Assembly: GCA_963581185.1 (NCBI GenBank)
Contig: CAUZOB010000001.1
Span: 14,826-78,825, forward strand
DNA length: 64,000 nt
Origin: Planctomycetota bacterium
GTDB taxonomy: Bacteria; Planctomycetota; Planctomycetia; Pirellulales; Pirellulaceae
Direction of reading: 5' to 3'
Program-made: the position numbers and the translations under genes
Shown here: positions 57,901-64,000 of the stretch, piece by piece
Numbering within the stretch: position 1 is the first letter of the stretch
How the letters are laid out: each line of letters starts with the position of its first letter
Notes under the pieces: model-generated
Database searches by the model: none
Seen by the model: the letters and a program-made list of their open reading frames with translations, nothing else
Told to the model about the DNA's origin: nothing

Positions 57901-58132
57901 GGTCGATACAAAAGCCGGTGCTGCGGCCGTAGGTCGTCAGCTGCATCTGGCCGCCGCTGTACTCGCGCACGAAACAAAATCCGCGGTCACCTTCGGCCAG
58001 GTGACATTCGCGCGGGCAGAGGTCACAGATGACGCGTCCGGCGGTCTCACTATCATGCCACCAACCACCGGGCATGTTGCCATCGGCGGAAGGGTCTACT
58101 TGCGGCGGGAGGCCCACGACTCGGCCAGCCAT
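54932..58132 (-). CDS. Fused AmmeMemoRadiSam system protein: radical SAM enzyme + AMMECR1 domain + cryptic domain + Memo domain
   Basis: 1066 aa in one uninterrupted frame. The radical SAM part (aa ~20-370, nt ~58075..57025) has WWHDSETAGRVICDLCPREC, CNLGCKFCQNW (CX3CX2C, 57832..57809) and a CPSC...CGQC ribbon. The AMMECR1 part (aa ~405-590) has GCFVTLKKDQQLRACCG, RDRRFPPIS, GHHGLVI and LLLPVV. The Memo part (aa ~798-1066) has AGRFYPGD, PHAGLVFSG, IIISPKHT, SSDMNHF, CGMRPAV and VGYAGL. The start is ATG 58132 or ATG 58075. Confidence 0.85.
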   Translation of the reverse strand: MAGRVVGLPPQVDPSADGNMPGGWWHDSETAGRVICDLCPRECHLAEGDRGFCFVREYSGGQMQLTTYGRSTGFCIDPIEKKPLNHFYPGTSVLSFGTAGCNLGCKFCQNWDISKSREIRQLSEEATPETIAEAALQLGCQSVAFTYNDPVIWAEYAIDVARACHQRGIKTVAVTAGYISEAARQPFFEVMDAANVDLKAFNEDFYRLITLSHMQPVLDTLKWLADESDTWFEITNLIIPGENDSDDELSRMVDWILANLGDDVPVHFSAFHPDYRMTDKPRTPHETLLRAHSLAKEQGIRHAYVGNVNDEQHQSTYCPSCSTLLIQRDWYELGSYQLDGNRCGQCGHQVAGRFADQPGDWGRKRQPVRIQDYASKPNPRLQDPAMSSSADSPQSASPNTDFSPLSEPDQQRVHRATCQLLAKAVVGDASPDLADALGPAADSTVMGCFVTLKKDQQLRACCGVLNRPFSLADALQQAAVSTATRDRRFPPISPAELEGLKVDISLLHNFQPVDIPADQRQSVIQVGHHGLVIRQGNKSGLLLPVVAVDFGWDSEQFLRRVCHKAGLPEDAWQQDDASLQTFEVQVIEAAWDTSVLISIDDSALLQPAELSALADHSRQNLAALIAGATPNYYLTNCPDMMIHGLALQLTDPGSGGTIQSGRLSAGNKVPLQATLFQLVENLARALGRQDVKRQFVEQMQPQLLLLEDPIPHGSLETADPAAIDQQRAIVISDGEQSAWLSDRGQSAQQGVDELSELAKVTHLKDWQLVSYRSASTTSPFRFSMLRQASQENDNSTRAAAVAGRFYPGDADELAAMTDDLLGDIPDEKMAAAAVMVPHAGLVFSGRLAADVLKRVEIPSTVIIISPKHTPLGADWAIDPHAAWSIPGKRIETDMELAQVLADSIDGLELDEAAHRNEHGIEIELPLLSRLAPKTRVVGIAVGNASLADCQGLGDQLAGVLGTLPQQPLLVISSDMNHFANDKRTRQVDALALAAMESLDPAQLYETVTEKEISMCGMRPAVIVMQCLRQLGQLGSCSQVGYTTSADVSGDSSRVVGYAGLILQAKR

Positions 58133-58268
58133 GGTCGGATTCCTTGTATTCGTTGTTGCTGAGTTGTTCTCGACCCAAGAATAAACCAGTCGACCGATGG
58201 CGGGTAGCCAATTCGGTGGCCTTGGAGGATAACAGGAAGCTCAGTGGAGGATCCTGAGTGCTCGAAAG

Positions 58269-59045
58269 ATGTACGAACTAGCAACCGAATACGAGATCTG
58301 GCAGTACCTGCTAGCTGGTGTGATCCTGCTCTGCAGCAGCCTGCTGCAGGCAGTGATCGGCTTCGGTGCGGGTGTATTCGGTATCCCGCTGCTGCTGATG
58401 TCCGGCTTTGATCATCGCGTTGCGATCCCGATCATCGTGATGACCTCGATGACTCAATCCCTGATCGGATCGGTGCGTCTGCGGAAACATTCCCAGTGGA
58501 AAATGGCCTGGCGCCCGGCCTTGATCCGTATCTCGATCATACCACTTGGCGGCTTCTTGCTTGTCCTGGTTGGCCGCCTGGGTGCCCAGTATGTTCGCCA
58601 GGCGATCGGCGGTGTGCTGCTGTTGATCGTCTTTATCAAGTGGCGGATCAAGGTCGAGCCGACCCATGAGTTACCGACTTTCTGGGTCTGGGTAGCATTC
58701 CCAATCAGTGGCATCCTGCTGGGATTTTGTGGAATGGGGGGACCGGCCGTTGCCCTCTGGGTGATGGCTCAGCCCTGGAGTGCGATTCGTAGCCGGGCCT
58801 TTCTGTTCAACATGCTGGTAACTGGCATGGTGCCGCTGACGATTCAGCTGATTATCCTCTTCAAGACTCAGGCCCTGTTGGGATTGGCGATTGGTGCTGC
58901 CGGCTTACCGCTTATTTTCCTCGGCACCTGGCTGGGGATTTCGACGGGTGACAAATTGCCACGAAAACAACTCAATACAGCGTCCCTGATCGTACTGACC
59001 CTGATCGCCATCAGCGCTATCCTGACTCCGCTGCTGACAGGCTAG
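58269..59045 (+). CDS. TauE/SafE-family sulfite/anion exporter
   Basis: 258 aa with about 8 TM helices. The N-terminal pattern LLAGVILLCSSLLQAVIGFGAGVFGIPLLL and the internal repeat GFCGMGGPAVALWV are typical of the family. Confidence 0.85.
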   Translation: MYELATEYEIWQYLLAGVILLCSSLLQAVIGFGAGVFGIPLLLMSGFDHRVAIPIIVMTSMTQSLIGSVRLRKHSQWKMAWRPALIRISIIPLGGFLLVLVGRLGAQYVRQAIGGVLLLIVFIKWRIKVEPTHELPTFWVWVAFPISGILLGFCGMGGPAVALWVMAQPWSAIRSRAFLFNMLVTGMVPLTIQLIILFKTQALLGLAIGAAGLPLIFLGTWLGISTGDKLPRKQLNTASLIVLTLIAISAILTPLLTG

Positions 59046-59337
59046 CGGCTTACAGATTACAGCTGAGGGTTAGGCGCGGATCCTGCAGAATCCTCCGAGA
59101 GCCAGTCAACTGTCCAACGGCAGCTTTTTCAACGCCCAATCGAGCTGATCGTTATAACCTGCTCGCTGGCTGGTACATCCGCTACAGAATTCCCCCCGCC
59201 CGGCGTCGTCATGAGTGAATTCAGCTGACCTTTCGCTGGCAAGGCGCATAATTGCGCACATACGGGGCACAGCGATCGAGGAGGCCAGTCCATGGGCTGG
59301 CGATGGCCTCCAGGAACAGAGATCGCAGGGAGGCACC

Positions 59338-62300
59338 ATGCGCGGGCGAAGTCGTCATTGGCGGCTGCGCGCTGGACGGAATCAGCGTTGGCAGAAAACA
59401 GAAAAGCGGAGGCTTTTCTTTGAGCAGCTGGAACCACGGCAGATGCTAACTGCCGCTGCATTCTCGATTTTCGAGAATACGGACTCGGTCCAGCCCGAGC
59501 CAGTTGCCGGTCTTATCGACCCGCTGTTGATCGACCAGGCGGTCGCCAACCTGACCTCCACTGGCACCAACCAGCCCATCGTTCAGCGACAGGTTGCCGA
59601 TCTCCACAGCGGCAATGAATTCTCGCTCCAGACCATGCAATCATCCGGCCTGGTACGGCTGGATGAACTGCGAGCCAATCCGGAGCTGGCCGATATCGAT
59701 GGCCGTGGGTTTTCTGTTGTGATTATCGATACCGGTATCGACCTGGATCACCCCTTCTTTGGGACCGATGCTGACGGTGATGGGATCGCCGACCGGATCG
59801 TCTTCAACTATGACTTTTCCGGCGGCAATGACAACGATGCCTCGGACTACGACGGGCACGGCTCAAATGTCTCCAGTATTGTTGCTTCCAGTGACAGCCT
59901 CCGACCTGGCATGGCATCCGCTGCCGGCATCATTCATCTCAAAGTGTTTCCCGACCAGGGGGGTGCTGCCACCACCCGCGACATCGAGGAAGCTCTGCAG
60001 TGGGTAGTCGCCAACGCTGGTCTTTACAACATTGCCAGCGTCAACATGTCACTCGGCTATGGCAACTTTGCCTACGCCCGCAACAACACCGCATGGTCAG
60101 ATGAGTTCAAGGCCCTGGAGTCGCTGGACGTGATCATGGTGGCCGCAGCGGGCAATGACTACTACGAGCTGGAATCGACCGCCGGCATCTCCCTGCCTGC
60201 TGCCGATCCCGGCGTGATCTCAGTGGGTGCTGTCTTTGCTGGCAACATCGGCGGCGTGCGTTATTTCGACGGAGCCCATGCGGCACGCAGTGGCCCCGAT
60301 ATCATCACGCCGTTTTCCCAGCGGCATCCCGCGATGCTGGATGTCTTTGCCCCGGGAGCTCCGATTTCCGGAGCTGGAGCCAACGGCGGCCTGCTGACCC
60401 AGCACGGGACCAGCCAGGCGACACCACACGTGGCTGGAGCAGCGGCACTGGCTCAGCAGATTTCCACACAACTGCTTGGCCGACGATTGACGGTCGACGA
60501 ATTCCGCCACCTGCTGGCCACAGCCTCAACCACGATTACCGATGGCGATGATGAAAACGACAATGTTCTGCATAGCGGCCTCGAGTACCCACGGCTGGAC
60601 CTGGTAAAAATGGCCGCGGGGATTCAACAGCTGCAACCCGGCGCAATTGAAGGCCGGGTCTTTCATGACCTCGACGCCGATGGTTCAACGGCCACCGACC
60701 CCGGACTCTCGGGACAACTTGTCTATCTCGACAGCAACAATAACGGCCAGCTGGATGCGACCACAACAAGCTTCGACTCGACCGCAGCCAGCCAGGTGAT
60801 TGCCGACCAGTCGATGCTGCAATCCACCATCCTGGTTGAAGACCAGCAAGGTCCGCTGACCGACGTGAATGTCAGGATCGATGTTCGCCATAGCTGGAAT
60901 GCTGACCTGGTAGTGTACCTGGTCAGCCCGCAGGGGACACGAGTTGAGCTGATCTCAGACATTGGTAACGGACAGACGGACTTTCGCGATACAGTCTTCG
61001 ACGACCAGGCACGGTCGCCGGTCCATCGAGGTTCGTCGCCCTACCAAGGGTCCTACCGTCCCACCGAGTCGCTCGGCCAGCTTGCCGGAGAAAGTGCGGC
61101 TGGCGAATGGACCCTGGAAGTTCATGATCGATTTGAGCGTGATGAGGGGCGACTGGAGTCCTGGTCGCTTGAATTGAGTCACACCGAATTGTCGACACGG
61201 ACTGGCAGTAGCGGAGAATTTCAATTCGACAGCCTGGTCTCTGGACAATACTTCGTCCGCACCGACGTGCCTGCCAACTGGCTGATGCTGCCGACCGCAG
61301 TCGCCAGTGGTGGTCTGCAGGAGCTGACGGTGACAGCCGGACAGACAACCGCAGCGGTCGAGTTTGCCTATCAGACATCCCTGCAGATCTGGCTGACCGA
61401 CAGCGTGATTCGTGAAGACGATGGTCCGCAGGCAACCGAGCTGGTTGTCTCGCGCCAGGGAGTGTCGTTAGCGGATGACCTGTGGGTGACACTCGTCCAT
61501 AACGATGCCAGTGAAATTGACTTGCCGGGCCAGGTGGTTATCCCAGCTGGCGCTGATGAAGTAACGGTGGCTGTGAACACGGTCGACGACCGCCTGCGTG
61601 ACGGTACGCAGCAGGTGACGATCACAGCCAGCTCGACGGGGCTGGGAAGCGATACAGCGGTGCTGGCTGTTGACGATCACGAGCTGCTGACACTCACCAG
61701 CCAAACGTCCAGTGTCAGGGAAAACGCCGGCTCGGCTGCGATCGAGCTGCTTATCGAACGCAGCGACTTCGAGACCCAAGCGCCATTACAAATCGAATTG
61801 ACTTCAAGCGACAGCAGCGAACTGGCTCTGCCCTCCAGCGTCCTGATGGCTGCCGACGTAACGTCTCTGACGATCCTGGTTGACGTTATTGACGATCAGA
61901 TTCTTGACGGCACCCAGCAGGTGCAGGTACGGGCCAGGGCTGCCGGCTTCCTGCCAGCAGAAATCGAGCTGAATGTACTGGACTATGAGCCGCTGCAGCT
62001 TGCTGTGGACGACCATGTTGCCTGGGTATCAGCCACGGCTGGCAGCAACACGCTGACCATTAATCGCAATCCGCTTGAATTGGCTGATCCGCTGTCGGTT
62101 CAGCTTGACTGGCAGGGCGCCGTTGGACTGGCAGTCGCCGACCAGTTCGTGATTCCTGCTGGAGTTGAATCGGCCGATCTGCAGATCCAGGTCGAGGATC
62201 CTGGTAACTGGTCGCAAACACGGCAGGTTGTTGTGACCGCCGAGGCATCTGGCTATGAAGCGACCACCGCCAGATTCTGGTTCTCTGATCGGGCTGGCCT

Positions 62301-63183
62301 GCATCTCGAATCGGACCAGGCATCGGTTGCTGAGAACGCTGGAGCGGCGGCACTTACCTGGATCGTCAGCCGGGCAGGTATCGGTACAGCAGAGGAACTG
62401 ACGGTCCAATTGAGCAGCAGCGATACCAGTGAACTGGCTGTGCCCGATGTGATCGTGATTCCCGCGACGGCTAGCAGCATTGAGTTCATGGCCGACGTGA
62501 TTGACGATCATCTGTTTGACGGTACTCGGCCGGTCACGGTGACCGCACGAAGTGACGGCCTGGAGCAGACCAGCCTGGTGATTGAGGTTAGCGACTACGA
62601 GACCTGGCAGAATCCGGTCAATCCGCTCGATGTCGACAACAACGGCCGTGTTACTCCCTCCGACGTGCTGGCGCTCATCAACATGATGGAGCAATCCGGG
62701 AGCATTCCGCTGCCAGTCAACACGCTACCCGAGAATGCACCCGCTCCGTTCCTGGATGTCAACGGTGACTTCCAGTTCTCGCAGGCGGATATGAAGCCGG
62801 TTGTCGATCACTACAACGAGCTGACGCTGGCTAACCTGAGGGCACGTCAGGCCGAGGCGGAGAGGAATCGATCCAGCGATGCCAAGCAGGTGATGGCACA
62901 GCTGGTCCGGCTGAGCTTGCCCCAGCAGGTTGTCAGCAGGAGTGTTGTGATACCGGCCACGTCGGTTGTGATGCCTGCCAGCTTCGACGGCGGTGAACCG
63001 CGCCAGCGGGTCTTTGCTGAGACTCGTGATTTTGTCCGGATCTCGCGGCCAGCACGACCAGCGCCAGCGGTTCTTGCCTGGCAGCTGCCAGGCGATCCAG
63101 CGGAAGGCTTCGATTGGAGCGACCTGGACGAGCTGCTGCAGCTGTTAGAGCCCGTAGAACTCGGCAGCGGTCTGTCCGTATAG
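59338..63183 (+). CDS. Giant secreted S8 (subtilisin-family) serine peptidase with proprotein-convertase P-domain, Calx-beta array and dockerin-like C-terminal module
   Basis: I prefer ATG 59338 after GGGAGG (MRGRSRHWRLRAG...RRLFFEQLEPRQMLTAAAF). The catalytic triad contexts are VVIIDTGID (Asp codon 59728), DGHGSNVSS (His codon 59857) and HGTSQATPHVAGAAAL (Ser codon 60412). The P-domain is VNVRIDVRHSWNADLVVYLVSPQGTRVELISD...WTLEVHD. At least 5 Calx-beta-like repeats occur (VxExxGxA...VxxVDDxxxDGTQxVTxTA). The dockerin-like loop is NPLDVDNNGRVTPSDVLALIN. Confidence 0.9.
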   Translation: MRGRSRHWRLRAGRNQRWQKTEKRRLFFEQLEPRQMLTAAAFSIFENTDSVQPEPVAGLIDPLLIDQAVANLTSTGTNQPIVQRQVADLHSGNEFSLQTMQSSGLVRLDELRANPELADIDGRGFSVVIIDTGIDLDHPFFGTDADGDGIADRIVFNYDFSGGNDNDASDYDGHGSNVSSIVASSDSLRPGMASAAGIIHLKVFPDQGGAATTRDIEEALQWVVANAGLYNIASVNMSLGYGNFAYARNNTAWSDEFKALESLDVIMVAAAGNDYYELESTAGISLPAADPGVISVGAVFAGNIGGVRYFDGAHAARSGPDIITPFSQRHPAMLDVFAPGAPISGAGANGGLLTQHGTSQATPHVAGAAALAQQISTQLLGRRLTVDEFRHLLATASTTITDGDDENDNVLHSGLEYPRLDLVKMAAGIQQLQPGAIEGRVFHDLDADGSTATDPGLSGQLVYLDSNNNGQLDATTTSFDSTAASQVIADQSMLQSTILVEDQQGPLTDVNVRIDVRHSWNADLVVYLVSPQGTRVELISDIGNGQTDFRDTVFDDQARSPVHRGSSPYQGSYRPTESLGQLAGESAAGEWTLEVHDRFERDEGRLESWSLELSHTELSTRTGSSGEFQFDSLVSGQYFVRTDVPANWLMLPTAVASGGLQELTVTAGQTTAAVEFAYQTSLQIWLTDSVIREDDGPQATELVVSRQGVSLADDLWVTLVHNDASEIDLPGQVVIPAGADEVTVAVNTVDDRLRDGTQQVTITASSTGLGSDTAVLAVDDHELLTLTSQTSSVRENAGSAAIELLIERSDFETQAPLQIELTSSDSSELALPSSVLMAADVTSLTILVDVIDDQILDGTQQVQVRARAAGFLPAEIELNVLDYEPLQLAVDDHVAWVSATAGSNTLTINRNPLELADPLSVQLDWQGAVGLAVADQFVIPAGVESADLQIQVEDPGNWSQTRQVVVTAEASGYEATTARFWFSDRAGLHLESDQASVAENAGAAALTWIVSRAGIGTAEELTVQLSSSDTSELAVPDVIVIPATASSIEFMADVIDDHLFDGTRPVTVTARSDGLEQTSLVIEVSDYETWQNPVNPLDVDNNGRVTPSDVLALINMMEQSGSIPLPVNTLPENAPAPFLDVNGDFQFSQADMKPVVDHYNELTLANLRARQAEAERNRSSDAKQVMAQLVRLSLPQQVVSRSVVIPATSVVMPASFDGGEPRQRVFAETRDFVRISRPARPAPAVLAWQLPGDPAEGFDWSDLDELLQLLEPVELGSGLSV

Positions 63184-63987
63184 CTGTGCCTGTTCATGTG
63201 GGCTGAGCGGTCCGAGTACTTCGGCCAGCGCATCGCAGACCTGTTGGTAGGAGCCTGCCAGTTCACAGACTGGCCAGTCCGAACCGAACATCAATCGTTC
63301 AGGGCCAAAAGCCTCGATGGCCGTTTCCACATAAGGCCGCAGATCAGCAGGCTGCCAGTGCCGCCAGTCCGCTTCGGTGATCATGCCAGACAGTTTGCAG
63401 TAGATATTGGGAAAGCGGGCTGCCGCCTGGAGATCAACTCTCCAGTCATCGATCTGCCCTGCGGCGATCTTTGGCTTGGCCAGGTGATCAATCACCATCG
63501 GCAACTCGGGCAGTGCCTGGCCCAGCGTGACCGCGTGGCGGAGGTGTTGCGTGTAAAAGAGCAGATCAAACGGGCAGCGCTGTTTTTCCAGCACGCGCAA
63601 GCCCCGCAGGACGTCGTCGCGGACGATAAAGTCCTCGTCCGGCTCGTCCTGCGTGATGTGCCGAATGCCGACGAATTTGGAGTGGCTGCGTAATTCCAGC
63701 AGCTGCTCTTCACATGCTGGACTGGCCAGGTCGACCCAGCCAACCACGCCGGCGATAAAGTCGTTGTTTTCCGCTAGTGAAAGGGCCCAGCGATTTTCTG
63801 CCAGGTGATGCTGGGTTTGCACAAGTACGGTTCGATCGACACCTGCCTGCTGCAGCTTTGGAGCCAGGTCAGCGGGCAGGAAATCCCGGCAGATTGTCTC
63901 GTGACCGTCACTTTTCAGCCAGCTGTAGTCGAGCGGTTCCAGCGACCGCTGCCAGAAATGCTGGTGGGCATCAATCACGAGGCTCAT
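63145..63987 (-). CDS. Amidohydrolase-2 family protein (L-fucono-1,5-lactonase-like)
   Basis: 280 aa. The N-terminal metal motif is MSLVIDAHQHFW. VGIRH and the C-terminal MFGSDWPV block are typical of this lactonase/decarboxylase clade. Confidence 0.8.
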   Translation of the reverse strand: MSLVIDAHQHFWQRSLEPLDYSWLKSDGHETICRDFLPADLAPKLQQAGVDRTVLVQTQHHLAENRWALSLAENNDFIAGVVGWVDLASPACEEQLLELRSHSKFVGIRHITQDEPDEDFIVRDDVLRGLRVLEKQRCPFDLLFYTQHLRHAVTLGQALPELPMVIDHLAKPKIAAGQIDDWRVDLQAAARFPNIYCKLSGMITEADWRHWQPADLRPYVETAIEAFGPERLMFGSDWPVCELAGSYQQVCDALAEVLGPLSPHEQAQLYGQTAAEFYGL

Positions 63988-64000
63988 GGTATTCTCACTC

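Noticed and set aside
1-64000. Mobile elements, prophage, defence islands, toxin-antitoxin pairs
   Set aside because: No transposase, integrase, recombinase, phage structural, restriction-modification or Cas-like motif was recognised in any frame. No terminal inverted repeats or direct-repeat flanks were seen.

Overview
Dense, GC-rich bacterial chromosomal segment, almost certainly Planctomycetota. Evidence for that placement: three DUF1501 genes (two paired with DUF1549/DUF1553 genes), several DUF1080 fusion proteins, an FG-GAP/ASPIC protein, PQQ-like propellers, WD40 proteins, and a giant S8 protease whose N-terminus carries a ...LEPRQMLTA leader. I can support about 46 protein-coding genes on both strands. 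I found no rRNA, tRNA, CRISPR array, transposase, integrase or phage gene. The content is accessory metabolism: an ETF-linked dehydrogenase module, peptide and D-amino-acid salvage enzymes, sugar-acid enzymes, transporters, and many secreted proteins of unknown function. The ORF track counts GTG/TTG as Met and always takes the longest ORF, so several true starts are internal; I give my preferred start and say why. Many long ORFs in the track are antisense shadows of real genes. Items most worth a second look: (1) A peroxiredoxin-like gene (37714..38238) is interrupted by an in-frame TGA exactly at the first Cys of its CxxC motif. A SECIS-like hairpin follows 9 nt later, making it a candidate selenoprotein that ORF callers split. 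(2) A single 1066-aa ORF (54932..58132) fuses all three components of the AmmeMemoRadiSam system (radical SAM, AMMECR1, Memo), plus an extra cryptic domain; the function of this system is unknown. (3) A 10-unit heptanucleotide tandem array fills the whole WD40-pepC intergenic space. (4) A tightly coupled operon runs MFS, PAL-like NHL lyase, opine dehydrogenase, carbamoylsarcosine-amidase-like hydrolase, WD40. Everything here is read by eye from the sequence and translations. No searches were run, and family names rest on recognised motifs.
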